The notes: generated by a model not told the origin, from the sequence alone. DNA of 64,000 nucleotides from Patescibacteria group bacterium (GCA_049296775.1 JBAQTB010000002.1:1891-65890); one strand, 5' to 3'; shown: positions 39,101-47,999, counted from the first letter of the stretch. Translations and numbers: made by a program.

Positions 39101-40383
39101 GCAGACTCGGAACCAGATGCAGTCACCTTGAACATACCAATTTCAGCATCGTCCTCACCAATGGTTGGATCAGAAATGGTGCCAGTCTTGGTTACGGTCA
39201 CCGTACCGGAATCTGAACCGGTCAAAGTGAAGACGTTACCCTCAATTGGGAATGAACCACCCACGTCACCTGAGCTTGTGACATCAGATGCACTTGCAAT
39301 CTCGAAGCCAAAAGTGTCAGCGGCGGTCTGAGTGGTAGACATGGTTACGCGCACTGTGAAAGTGCGGTCATCACCTGCTTCAACATCGAGACCGAGGTTG
39401 GAGAAGGTTACCTGTCTTGTAGAGGCGTTGATTGAGCGAGACTCAGTCAAACGTGAATTACCTTCGTAAAGGTAAATTGCACTGATGTTTGAAGTTGAAC
39501 CTGCACCAATCATTGAAAGAACCAATGAATCGAGTGAAGCATCTTCTGAACCAGCATCAGCCTTGAAGCTGAAAACTTCAACCGCGTTAGCGCCTCCAGT
39601 TACGGATACGCCAGCTGGCATAGAAGAAGATTCTGAGAGAGTAAGATCACCAGTTACGGCGGTCTCACCTTCTTCAGTCTGAGCAGCATCTACCAAAGCC
39701 AATACGCGGCTAGTGATATCAGCGCCCATAGCTAGAGAACTATCGTCAATGTTGCTGCCATCAAGAACGAACTTGCTCCAGATGTTGTTTGCAGTCATAC
39801 CAGACGCAGTCACCTCACGCATTTCGCCATCCCATGACAAGTAGGTTACCCCACCCATCATGTAAACAGCGCCCTCAAAAGCGGATGCGCTCATGAGAGA
39901 AGTGCCTACGGTGTAATCATCAAAGAATACATCTGGAATATCAATGATATTTGCTGCCCAGTTTGAACCAGCGAGGTCTACAGCTGCAGCCTCAGATTCA
40001 ATCCAGTGCAACATGCCGTTGCGACCTACAGCGTAGGTCTTGGCATCAGAAGTAACCTTTACGAAGTGTGTACCTGGGCGAACAACGATGTTGCCACCAA
40101 GGGTGATGCCAGCCAACTCAGAATCTGAGATGGTTTGAACACCGCTGAAATTAGCGTACCAAGAGAAGTAGGTCTTCTCGTTTGGAAACGCGTAACGCAA
40201 ACCGTCGTAACCCTTGTAGTAAACCGTTGACAATGAAGTGCCCTTAATGAGCTGTCCATCGGCTACGGCAGCCTGTGCGGTGAGAGGGCTCACGAGAGCG
40301 CCTGCACCAATTGAGAAAGCAATGGTCGCAGCAGCGATAGCTGCTGTTAACACACGCTTTCCTGTATCTAATACGTCTTGCAT
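36154..40383 (-). CDS. Giant secreted cell-surface protein (1409 aa; putative adhesin/S-layer-like, repetitive Thr/Ser/Gly/Asp/Val-rich beta-rich modules)
   Basis: Signal peptide (AIAAATIAFSIGAGALVSPLTAQA). ~200-aa N-terminal domain, then many degenerate Ig-like/beta-sandwich-type repeats. No LPXTG or C-terminal TM. Own terminator. Confidence 0.7.
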   Translation of the reverse strand: MQDVLDTGKRVLTAAIAAATIAFSIGAGALVSPLTAQAAVADGQLIKGTSLSTVYYKGYDGLRYAFPNEKTYFSWYANFSGVQTISDSELAGITLGGNIVVRPGTHFVKVTSDAKTYAVGRNGMLHWIESEAAAVDLAGSNWAANIIDIPDVFFDDYTVGTSLMSASAFEGAVYMMGGVTYLSWDGEMREVTASGMTANNIWSKFVLDGSNIDDSSLAMGADITSRVLALVDAAQTEEGETAVTGDLTLSESSSMPAGVSVTGGANAVEVFSFKADAGSEDASLDSLVLSMIGAGSTSNISAIYLYEGNSRLTESRSINASTRQVTFSNLGLDVEAGDDRTFTVRVTMSTTQTAADTFGFEIASASDVTSSGDVGGSFPIEGNVFTLTGSDSGTVTVTKTGTISDPTIGEDDAEIGMFKVTASGSESASLEMMTLNVDDAIDHTDYKLWDGNVFLASGSIVGNDLVAFDMSASPFEIEEGGNNIFTVTANIGGQDAETVKVFIDNAIDVVAIGGDFGFGMTVDTGSSGTYDGTSCTSSSGNCSFSTIVGGEVTIAFNGPTAGDIQVDSQDQVLLAFSITAAQEVTVKDLDIMVAADDDNDGDPNDGVETGAGTEDDDGLINTGSEANVKDIKIVNADTGATLLSPLELDVVIDDESDETSLIGAAEDALQIIDFTDDFTIGAGETLNLLVTVDVDNSLTSGETLSATFDISGLSIEDANGDALSGSDIVPGSDLTGYNQVAKAATLTFSLSSTPGDVTTVDGTDDVTVVAFNAAASEASDVTITDFTLSAYGDDDGDETMTLGGETNADVNDYVESCSLFNGDTLLDGPEGPATSGETIRFADIDWMIDAGSTELMTVKCNFANTSVSGSAYFSFDINDEDTDVVAEDDDGDTLAAASVVGDDPNGATAPNNQVTLADSGTLAVTAASGTPSADFVLTSSTANEVATYRFTATNEAFEIQTLTFSEEQAEDDLASADSTGYANNISLVTITYPKADGSTGTKSVAMSGNEAKFSALDMYVAVGTPADVSVKVSVPLTDRDAGGSATSNEKVRMGLFVDTTNDDNFKAVGAGSGATLDDDDQGAVGNDAVGTDGIHTFVVRETKPTVTLSSLSPSGSAVVGRSEVLRFNIAASSNEDVVLSRFTFKMNATDNVNTGTNDWNACDNAADAGEMAPQDFDIYNLTDDGTTTTLDLDSDTDQNDTLAEMSGGTDSPWTLLKATGAICNSTEADVGFVHLVLPTTEIVPKGVTKTFAIYLDTTGASAAQDDSIRLDIPSDPITGTFVDSTTDSNVAALAATATTLGVDSSAVFAIGDVIVLDADGAGGDGVDAADERMLVTALASGTTLTVVRGYLGSPLVATADVSNDDTIYRLPSSFLWKDDGVTGHTGSSDDFWGSYLVDNTTVSGGTLVF

Positions 40384-40629
40384 AATTTACCTAAATCCTT
40401 GTTTCCCCCATTTGAGGGTTTTTCCCTCTAAGGGGTAAAGAATAGAGGCGATACCCGACCATGCGGTCCCGACCTTTTGAAGGCATCCACCTGGGGACAT
40501 GCTAATTGCAATCCCTTCGCCGTGTGTCTCTCGCTCACCTCGCCCTCCCGAAGTCCTGAGCAAAGTCGAAGGATCTTAGGTGGAAGGGGGTTAGGGGGGG
40601 AGGTCGCGAGAGCTCACACGGGCAAGGAG
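40384..40629 (-). promoter_or_regulatory. 246-nt GC-rich leader/promoter region upstream of the giant surface-protein gene (possible structured 5' UTR)
   Basis: Non-coding gap between the anti-sigma stop and the giant-gene ATG. Visibly more GC-rich than flanking intergenic DNA, with G/C runs (GGGGGTTAGGGGGGGAGG) and several short inverted repeats. Confidence 0.3.
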
Positions 40630-41745
40630 CTACAATGACTCTGCTTTTGTGTCTGTAACCGGCTCCGCTTCAACGACAATCGGTTGTTGACGTGCGGTCA
40701 TGATTGTAATCTCGATTTGTGCTAGCTGAGCTTCAATGCCTAGGAGTGAATCATCAATCTCTCGCAAAGTTGCAAACGCGCTTCTGTAACCACCAATCCC
40801 GAAACTGCTCATAGCGTGAGACAGCAGGGAGTCTACTGCCACAATCGGATACTCAAAGGCGAGCAAGTCTGCATCAGTTGGCACGTTATAGCTGTCGTAG
40901 CTCACACTCTCATCTGCTAGTGCGGCTCTGATCACTTCAATGCGCTCTAGATCAAATCTCTGTCTGGCCTCGATCTGCCCCAGACCACTCTTGAACATCT
41001 GCTTAAGTTCATACGCGCTCAAGTCACTCGGCAACTCCTCATGTACCTCGACCGCAATTGTGGTCGCCGCGCCACTCACTTCCTGGGTGACTATTTTAGC
41101 GTCCAGCGCATCCTGAGTGGCTTCTGGTGAGTCGGAATCCGCAACCACGTTATCTATATTGGAGTCATTGGCTTGTAACTGCCTCTGAACTGACGTCGCC
41201 GTGGCTAACACCGTCTCACTCCCCTCATCTTTTAACTGCCGTAAATTCTCGCCCGCCGAGGCCACTTCTTGCTTATAAGCGGCGATCGCTTCCTTAACTA
41301 ACGGCGCACTTACCAGAATATCCTCAGAAGCATCCTGTAGGTCCGAAGCCTCTTGCAACCGCCTGCCCGCAAATTCAGTATGCAACACCGCTTTCCTATC
41401 TAGTGACGCTAACTTGAGCTGAGCCTTCTCTGTAATCATCTTTACTGAGTACAACCTTTGACCGGGCAAACTATCCGCCGCCCTCACTGTGGTCATCCAA
41501 CCACTCGCGATCACTACCACACTGAACGCCCCAGCCATGGCCGGCTTAGACAAATATTTGCCCAAGTTCCATTTTAAATATTCAAAATACATGACCGCCG
41601 CACTTGGTAATGGCTGTGCAGCCGGTTCTTGCGCTCCAATCGCGGCCGCAATACGGTCCCAGCTCTTGGCCACAGCTTGGGCATTCATCGTCGCAAAACG
41701 AGGTTCATGCTTGAGCTGCTTTAATTGTTTTAAAAGTTTATTCAC
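40630..41745 (-). CDS. Putative anti-sigma factor (single-pass membrane protein)
   Basis: 371 aa. Overlaps the ECF sigma gene stop by 4 nt; ~60-aa cytoplasmic N-terminus, one TM (AMAGAFSVVVIASGWMTTV), acidic extracytoplasmic domain. The call rests on this context and topology. Confidence 0.45.
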   Translation of the reverse strand: MNKLLKQLKQLKHEPRFATMNAQAVAKSWDRIAAAIGAQEPAAQPLPSAAVMYFEYLKWNLGKYLSKPAMAGAFSVVVIASGWMTTVRAADSLPGQRLYSVKMITEKAQLKLASLDRKAVLHTEFAGRRLQEASDLQDASEDILVSAPLVKEAIAAYKQEVASAGENLRQLKDEGSETVLATATSVQRQLQANDSNIDNVVADSDSPEATQDALDAKIVTQEVSGAATTIAVEVHEELPSDLSAYELKQMFKSGLGQIEARQRFDLERIEVIRAALADESVSYDSYNVPTDADLLAFEYPIVAVDSLLSHAMSSFGIGGYRSAFATLREIDDSLLGIEAQLAQIEITIMTARQQPIVVEAEPVTDTKAESL

Positions 41746-42272
41746 ACTTTTGCTTTTAGAGCCTGCTTGGCACGGTGCAAAAGCACACGTACGGCATTGG
41801 GAGTTTTACCTAAAACCTCCGCGATCTCTTCTGTGGTCATCTCGTCCTGATAGCGCATCTCAAGGACCTCTCTATGGTCATCTTTCAAACTCTTCATTAC
41901 TCTCACCAACTCTCCCGCCTCTTCTTTCACCTGCGCATCATCCGTCAGTGATCCCGGCGCCTGCAGTGTGCTCTCAATGGCGGGTGTCAGCGGCACCGTT
42001 CTGCCACTCTTGCGGTAATAATCAGCGATTAAATTCCGCGCGATCCGGAAGAACAAGGCTGTGATGTTGTCTACCTGCTGAGCGGTCATGTATTCCCAAG
42101 ATCTCAGAAACACCTCGCTCGTCAGCTCTTCAACGTCCTCACTCCTATTCACACGATACGCAATGTAGCGCCCCACGCGAGCAGCGTGCAATGCATGCAG
42201 CTGTTTAAACGCCTTGGTGTCAGCAAAGCGATAAACCCTGAAAGTCAGAAATTTAATTTCGATGGCTGACAT
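41742..42272 (-). CDS. RNA polymerase sigma-70 factor, ECF subfamily
   Basis: 176 aa; region 2 (EVFLRSWEYM...ALFFRIARNLIADYYR) and region 4 HTH (TEEIAEVLGKTPNAVRVLLHRAKQALK). Confidence 0.8.
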   Translation of the reverse strand: MSAIEIKFLTFRVYRFADTKAFKQLHALHAARVGRYIAYRVNRSEDVEELTSEVFLRSWEYMTAQQVDNITALFFRIARNLIADYYRKSGRTVPLTPAIESTLQAPGSLTDDAQVKEEAGELVRVMKSLKDDHREVLEMRYQDEMTTEEIAEVLGKTPNAVRVLLHRAKQALKAKV

Positions 42273-42465
42273 GAATAATGTCGGATGAAACGGTAAAACA
42301 TTACAGCAGCGTATTTAGTCGCTTATCTAACACCTATTTTACAAATGGGGCAACAATTATGAATTTCCTATATCGTCTTTGGCTACACTAGAGTAGACAA
42401 ACAAGAATGTCTCAGCTATCATTACACTCATTAAGACGCACTGGCCTAGTTTTTATTACACTGCT

Positions 42466-42750
42466 ATGCAAACCCCTATCAGACTATCAGTTTCTGAAGC
42501 CGCCAAACTCTTCGGGATCAGTCCGCGTACGGTCAGACGCGCCCTGTCTGACGGCGAGATTACCTACATTGTGGTGCAAGGTAGATATAAACTCAATTTC
42601 GAATCCTTACTCAAATGGAGTCAGGAAACTACCACCGTGCGGAATAAGCTCGCCAAGTCAGGGATCGGTCAATTTGTGGATCGCTGGAAAATCAAAAACC
42701 GTCTTTACTCCCCCAATCCCGACTCCCTCAAACCGAAATCAACCCCCTAG
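42466..42750 (+). CDS. Helix-turn-helix DNA-binding protein (excisionase/MerR-like HTH_17)
   Basis: 94 aa; SVSEAAKLFGISPRTVRRALSDGEI is a classic excisionase-family HTH. Confidence 0.6.
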   Translation: MQTPIRLSVSEAAKLFGISPRTVRRALSDGEITYIVVQGRYKLNFESLLKWSQETTTVRNKLAKSGIGQFVDRWKIKNRLYSPNPDSLKPKSTP

Positions 42751-42752
42751 GT

Positions 42753-43952
42753 ATGCACCTAGACGAGTCCCTCTATCAGATCTTCCGCAGCCTGCCGGTC
42801 ATTCCGTTTGCAGGCGCCATTAAAGCTCCGGCGCTCAATAGGTTGTCCGCGCGTCTGGCGTTTTTCAAGCACGGCACCCTCCCCCGTTTCACCTATCCTA
42901 AAGCTCAAGCATTTAATACGGTCGAATATCTAAACCAGCTCACCGCCGTACGCCACCAAATTGAAACCTTGCAATGCGAACAGATACTCAAGCAGTTGTA
43001 TTTGGATAAACTTGCTGAACTCGAGCAACGCACCCACCTCATGCATGCCGCGGCCCAGTCAGACGATCAAACCGTGAGCCGCATCAGCTTAGAACTTTAC
43101 GGTCAGCCTCACACCGACCTAGCTAGCTTTGAAACAGAGTTCACAGAAAAATTAGCTAAAGCGCGCGCCGGACAGGCCCACACGCACCAAAAAATTATTA
43201 ATGCACCCCAATTCTGCGCCTTACTCGAGGCCGCACTACATCATTACCAAGTACCCCACTGTAAAGTTAAACTCTCTCCACGCAAGCGCCTCCAGTGTAG
43301 CCATAACCATCAACATCCCGGCCTTATCTTTCGCGTCCCCAAAAAACTCCTAATTAGCCGCAAGCGTGCTGAACGACTCATTGCCCACGAAATCGAGGTT
43401 CACGCCTTACGCCGATTAAATGGCACCAACAGTGAATTGCATTTACTCAAATTTGGCCTCGCTGGCTACCAAAAAACTGAAGAAGGTTTAGCGCTCTGGC
43501 ATCAACATCGTCATGAACACAAGGCCGATCACCTACCCGGCTTCTGGGACGCCTGGGCCACAGCCCTCATCTTCACGCTCGGTTTTGCAGACGCCTTTGA
43601 CCGACTAGTCCAGGCTAAACTAGAACTTGATCAAGCTACAGAGAAAACCACCACCCTCAAACAAGCCAAACTTAGCGCCTGGAACTTATGTGAACGCTCG
43701 AGCCGCGGCATCAGTCAGCCCGGCCCTAGCGGCATTGGCTACTTCCACGATCACATTTACAGACAAGGCTATCTAGAAGTCACCAGAGAAATCGAGAATC
43801 ACGGTCAAGACGCCGTGCTTCCCCACTTATTTGCTGGAAAACTCGGTCTCAAAGATCTACCCGCTCTCAAATCACTCAATATCCGTCCCGGCGAATTACC
43901 CGATAACGTCAACGCCATGATCGTAGCTAGCAAACTTAAAACGAGCCGGTAA
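42753..43952 (+). CDS. DUF1704 / QEGLA-motif family protein (MATCAP-like putative metallo-carboxypeptidase)
   Basis: 399 aa. HExxH motif (IAHEIEVHALRR) and an EEGLA motif (YQKTEEGLALWHQ) about 35 aa downstream; size and motif spacing fit the DUF1704 family. Confidence 0.5.
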   Translation: MHLDESLYQIFRSLPVIPFAGAIKAPALNRLSARLAFFKHGTLPRFTYPKAQAFNTVEYLNQLTAVRHQIETLQCEQILKQLYLDKLAELEQRTHLMHAAAQSDDQTVSRISLELYGQPHTDLASFETEFTEKLAKARAGQAHTHQKIINAPQFCALLEAALHHYQVPHCKVKLSPRKRLQCSHNHQHPGLIFRVPKKLLISRKRAERLIAHEIEVHALRRLNGTNSELHLLKFGLAGYQKTEEGLALWHQHRHEHKADHLPGFWDAWATALIFTLGFADAFDRLVQAKLELDQATEKTTTLKQAKLSAWNLCERSSRGISQPGPSGIGYFHDHIYRQGYLEVTREIENHGQDAVLPHLFAGKLGLKDLPALKSLNIRPGELPDNVNAMIVASKLKTSR

Positions 43953-43967
43953 AGGCTCGTTTTAAGT

Positions 43968-45128
43968 TTATTCTAGAGCTAAGACGCCATCAGGGATCAC
44001 GGTTCGTGCCCGGTAAACATCTAGAATGTCCGTAGCAATATCGTCCCAATTGAACGACTCTTCCACGAACGTACGGGCCACGTGACCCAAACCAGCAGCC
44101 TGCATAGGATCCTTAACCAGCTCAGTGATTTTAGCAGCCAAATCTTCCACATCACCAGCCTTAAAGATCACGCCATAATCATCCACAATCTCACGATTTT
44201 CCGGGATGTCAGCTGCAATCACGGCTTTGCCGTAACTCATCTCCTCCAAGACGGCAATCGGCAAACCTTCATTCACAGAAGGGTGAACTGCAAACCTAGC
44301 ACCAGCGAATAAGGCTTCTAAGGTTTCACCGGCCTGGTAGCCGGTCAGAACCACGGAACTATCTTGCGCGGCTTGAGCCTTCAAGTCACTGACATACTTA
44401 TCAGTAAAGGCTGAACCACCTACAATCGCTAATTTCAAACTCCTAAATAATTCTGGAGTTTGTGACTTAGCTAATTTCCAAGCCGCAATTAAGGTATGCG
44501 CGCCCTTGTGTGCCACCAAACGTGACACCATGACCACGTAGCCGTAAGGCTCTAAACCAAATGGGGCCAACAAAATCGGATCAGTGGCTACGCGCTGTGG
44601 CGTGATGCCGTTAGGAATATACACGGACTGTAAGCCATACTCAGCTAACGAATAATCCGTAATCGTTTTACTGACGGCAATTGTAGTGTGGGCAAAGGTG
44701 AGCGCAGCACGCTCTCCCAGCTTCAACACAAACTGCGCAAACTTACCCCACTTAGCATGGTAACGATCAACTGAGTGAAAAGTGGTAATCACCGTTGCCT
44801 TGGGAGCAAATACGCGCGGCATCCACGCTAACAATGACGGACCAACGCCGTGGAAGTGGTAAACATCTGGTCGAACAAAAATCAGAGCGTGCACAGCTGC
44901 AAGGAAGGTATGCGAAATCGCATCTGCAACCTTAGTATGCAAGCTCGGCAAACGCACAATCTGCACGCCATTAAACTTGGTCGTACCCTTGGGGGTATAC
45001 CAATTACGTGCGTAGGCAATCACGGTATGACCTGCGCGCACAAGACGCGTAGAGATCTCCGAAACGTGGGTTTCCACGCCGCCAAACTTGCTTGGCATGC
45101 CCTTTTGTCCAATCATGATAATTTTCAT
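43968..45128 (-). CDS. Glycosyltransferase family 4 (GT-B)
   Basis: MKIIMIGQKGMPSKFGGVETHV N-terminus; C-terminal NEGLPIAVLEEMSYGKAVIAADIPENREIV motif. Confidence 0.8.
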   Translation of the reverse strand: MKIIMIGQKGMPSKFGGVETHVSEISTRLVRAGHTVIAYARNWYTPKGTTKFNGVQIVRLPSLHTKVADAISHTFLAAVHALIFVRPDVYHFHGVGPSLLAWMPRVFAPKATVITTFHSVDRYHAKWGKFAQFVLKLGERAALTFAHTTIAVSKTITDYSLAEYGLQSVYIPNGITPQRVATDPILLAPFGLEPYGYVVMVSRLVAHKGAHTLIAAWKLAKSQTPELFRSLKLAIVGGSAFTDKYVSDLKAQAAQDSSVVLTGYQAGETLEALFAGARFAVHPSVNEGLPIAVLEEMSYGKAVIAADIPENREIVDDYGVIFKAGDVEDLAAKITELVKDPMQAAGLGHVARTFVEESFNWDDIATDILDVYRARTVIPDGVLALE

Positions 45129-45212
45129 AACGGACTATAATAGCAAAAAAATGCCATTTCGTCAATAAAATTGGCCAAATTTACCCCATTTAACCCTTAT
45201 ATCTATTGGAAA

Positions 45213-46445
45213 CTACCTGTGGATAAGTATCTCGGAATAAACTTCTAAAATACGCGCTACATGCTTAGCCGGATCAGCCTGAGCCTTAGCATACCTATAC
45301 GCGCCCTCCCCCATGCGTTCCAGGTCTTTTGGATGTTTCAGCGCCTGTTTTAACTTGCTAATCAAATCTTTCTCGTCTCCCGCCTTAAACACCAGGCCAT
45401 TAACCCCATCTTTAATCTTTTCATGCAAACCACCGGCGTCACTCACTAATACCGTAGCTCCACAGGCCATAGCCTCAATTGACACTAAGCCATACGGCTC
45501 ATGCCAGCGTGACGGCACCATCACCACCTCCACCTCAGCCATTTTCCGCCACAACTCTGGGCCGCTCAAAAAGCCTAAGTAAGTTAAATTTTCAGATGTC
45601 CTAGCCTGTTCGCGGACCAGCTCTTCATCTGGACCAGTACCAGCGACAAAAAATTGAGTTTTAGGCAACGCATTCGCAGCTTGCAAGAATAAATCAATCC
45701 CCTTGTAACTCTCTAACCGACCCGCAAATAAAACGCCACTCCTTTTTTTAGTCTGCTCACGCAAAGTTTCTGCAAACTCCAAGTTGCTCGCAAATAAAGT
45801 TAGTACTTCGATCTTACTCGCAGAATATTTGGCCGCCACCAAAGTATCCTTAACAAACTTGGCTGGTGATAAATACTTATCAATCGCCCGGTCATACAAA
45901 CGCCATTGACGTTGCCAGGCATAAATCAGCTCCAACACAAAAGTCGCCAACCACGAACCCTTAATAAATCTCGTTCTAGCCACGGCTAAAATTCCAGCTC
46001 CCGGTGCAATCGACCTCTGACGTGCCGCATCCCACAACCCGTAATTAGCACTAACTAACGAATAATCGTGTGTCGTCATCACCACCGGAATGCCAGCAGC
46101 TTTACACACCCCTAAAATCGACGGCGATAAATGCGTATAAATGTTATGAATGTGCACAATGTCCGGCTTAAACGCCGCCACCACTGCCTTCATGTTGCGC
46201 CTAGCTTCAAAAGACCAAGCAGCTGTAACTAACTGCTTAACAAGCCCCAAACCCCAGCGCACTCTTGAAGTATCAGAATTTGCAATAAAATATTTATCCC
46301 AAGCACTCGGTAAATTCCTAGGATCACGCATGGAAAAAGGTGCCACGCTATGGCCCAACTTTTCCTGCAAATTCATGACATCAATCATGTAGCGACTCGC
46401 TCCGTCATGATCATGGAAATACTTATGAACGTGCAGAATGCGCAT
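45213..46445 (-). CDS. Glycosyltransferase family 4 (GT-B)
   Basis: MRILHVHKYF...; HEPYGLVSIEAMACGATVLVSDAGGLHE C-terminal motif. Confidence 0.8.
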   Translation of the reverse strand: MRILHVHKYFHDHDGASRYMIDVMNLQEKLGHSVAPFSMRDPRNLPSAWDKYFIANSDTSRVRWGLGLVKQLVTAAWSFEARRNMKAVVAAFKPDIVHIHNIYTHLSPSILGVCKAAGIPVVMTTHDYSLVSANYGLWDAARQRSIAPGAGILAVARTRFIKGSWLATFVLELIYAWQRQWRLYDRAIDKYLSPAKFVKDTLVAAKYSASKIEVLTLFASNLEFAETLREQTKKRSGVLFAGRLESYKGIDLFLQAANALPKTQFFVAGTGPDEELVREQARTSENLTYLGFLSGPELWRKMAEVEVVMVPSRWHEPYGLVSIEAMACGATVLVSDAGGLHEKIKDGVNGLVFKAGDEKDLISKLKQALKHPKDLERMGEGAYRYAKAQADPAKHVARILEVYSEILIHR

Positions 46446-46447
46446 AG

Positions 46448-47980
46448 TTACAAAATTTTCTCACGTTGACCCAGGGCGATCACCGTTCCGGACGCAATCC
46501 AAATGTACGGAGCGATAGTTCGCACTTCAAGGAAGGTCGCCAAAAAGGCATTCAAGAAAAAGGCGATCATAGCGGCGCATGTTCCCAAAGCCAAAGCTCT
46601 AGTCTGCGGATCATCTGAACGTTTATACACCAACAAACAGGCCGAAAATAAAGCAAAGTACATCCACAAATATACCCCCAAGCCCAAAGTCCCCAACTCC
46701 CCCCACAAACTCATCCAGTTATTATCGATATACCCATCCGTGCCGTACACGCCAAACGGCAAACCCAACTCATCATAAACTTTCGTATTCCCTAGCGCAG
46801 CCACTACGCCACCGCCATAAGTACCCGGTCCATGACCAAAGATCGGTGAGGCCGGGACCACCTCAGCCACTGTCTGCACAATCCAATACAAGCGTCCCAA
46901 GCCGTGATACTCACCCACCCAACGCTCGTAAGAAAAAGCTTCAAAGAACCGATTTGTAATCGATTGGCTAGATACATCCACCAATTCGCGTACCACCAAG
47001 CCCGTAAACAAAATATACGTCATGAGCAACATCGGAATCACCGCCGCCGCAATCATGACGCGCTTATCCCGCTTAATAAACGCTCCAATGAATAAGAAAC
47101 CGAGCAAAAACCCAAACCAAGCCGAACGTGAATACGTCAGCGCTAAAATTGGCAAACTCGCAATTAACAACACCCAAAACCACAACCGCTCTTTTTCGTC
47201 AGTGGCTTTTTCATAAATAATCGCCACCAAGAGCAACATCACAAAGGCCATGAAAGCCCCCAACTGGTCATATCGGCCGAGGGTTCCAAAAACCCTCTGT
47301 CCAGGATCCCAAAACTGCACCGTGCCTGCAGTTAACTGGATCTCGCCCAATGATCGACTCTCACCGGGCAATAAGAAAATATCCACCGGCTCGCCAATCA
47401 CCGCCTGCGCCGCACCCAAACACACCTGAACTAACAAGATCAAACCAAGTGCCCCAATCACAAACTGCACCCAGCGCTTACTTGGCGCCAACTGCACCGT
47501 CACAAAGAACAGCAACACAAAACGTAAAATCTGCCGAATACCCAAAATTGCTGGCATGGCCGGCAAAAAGTTGATCACCGTACTCGCCGCCATCACAAAC
47601 ACTAGCAAGACAAAGGCCACGTCAATCGGGGTTGGCTTCAGTTTCAGTCTGCCGACCACCGCTTTCCACAACACCACTGCGACCAACAAATACACCAGCA
47701 TCTCGGAACCATACCTGGCATACACATAAATCCCATCCGGAATCCACTTCAGGATAAATGGCTCAAACGGCAGGTACAACGGCAAAAATGCCAGCACCCA
47801 AGTTGGGCGCATGAAAGTAATTAAAGTCACCACACACGCCAATACAACGCCAACCACCAAACTTGGCGATACAAACACCACACCCACGATACTCGCCACT
47901 AATAAGCTAAATAAGCCAAAAATTGACCACTTGGCCCGCATTTCAGACTCAGCGTAAATCGAATGTAAATTCGGCAACAT
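46448..47980 (-). CDS. O-antigen ligase/polymerase (Wzy/WaaL-like, O-antigen ligase domain) membrane protein
   Basis: 510 aa, more than 10 TM; LALTYSRSAWFGFLLGFLFIG matches the conserved Wzy_C/O-antigen-ligase loop motif (YSRS). Confidence 0.65.
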   Translation of the reverse strand: MLPNLHSIYAESEMRAKWSIFGLFSLLVASIVGVVFVSPSLVVGVVLACVVTLITFMRPTWVLAFLPLYLPFEPFILKWIPDGIYVYARYGSEMLVYLLVAVVLWKAVVGRLKLKPTPIDVAFVLLVFVMAASTVINFLPAMPAILGIRQILRFVLLFFVTVQLAPSKRWVQFVIGALGLILLVQVCLGAAQAVIGEPVDIFLLPGESRSLGEIQLTAGTVQFWDPGQRVFGTLGRYDQLGAFMAFVMLLLVAIIYEKATDEKERLWFWVLLIASLPILALTYSRSAWFGFLLGFLFIGAFIKRDKRVMIAAAVIPMLLMTYILFTGLVVRELVDVSSQSITNRFFEAFSYERWVGEYHGLGRLYWIVQTVAEVVPASPIFGHGPGTYGGGVVAALGNTKVYDELGLPFGVYGTDGYIDNNWMSLWGELGTLGLGVYLWMYFALFSACLLVYKRSDDPQTRALALGTCAAMIAFFLNAFLATFLEVRTIAPYIWIASGTVIALGQREKIL

Positions 47981-47999
47981 ATAGAGAGTATAACAGTAA

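Noticed and set aside
36287-39682. Six plus-strand ORFs (65-162 aa) inside the giant surface-protein gene
   Set aside because: They are antisense shadows of a Thr/Ser/Val-rich repetitive gene. They are all Ser/Pro/Ala/Thr-rich low-complexity translations without starts supported by an RBS.
40384-40629. Assignment of the GC-rich leader to a known RNA family (RNase P, SRP/4.5S, 6S)
   Set aside because: None of the conserved core motifs of those RNAs could be recognised by eye on either strand. It is reported only as an unclassified candidate structured leader.
42407-42823. 138-aa plus-strand ORF overlapping the HTH gene in another frame
   Set aside because: The alternative frame (42466-42750) gives a textbook excisionase-type HTH. 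The 138-aa frame has no recognisable features and would overlap the DUF1704 gene start.
42753-43952. ImmA/IrrE-family (COG2856) metallopeptidase interpretation of the HExxH protein next to the HTH gene
   Set aside because: ImmA/IrrE proteins are ~150-250 aa with HE[LI]GH. This protein is 399 aa and has an EEGLA motif ~35 aa after HEIEVH, which better fits the DUF1704/QEGLA family. The ImmR/ImmA analogy is retained only as context.
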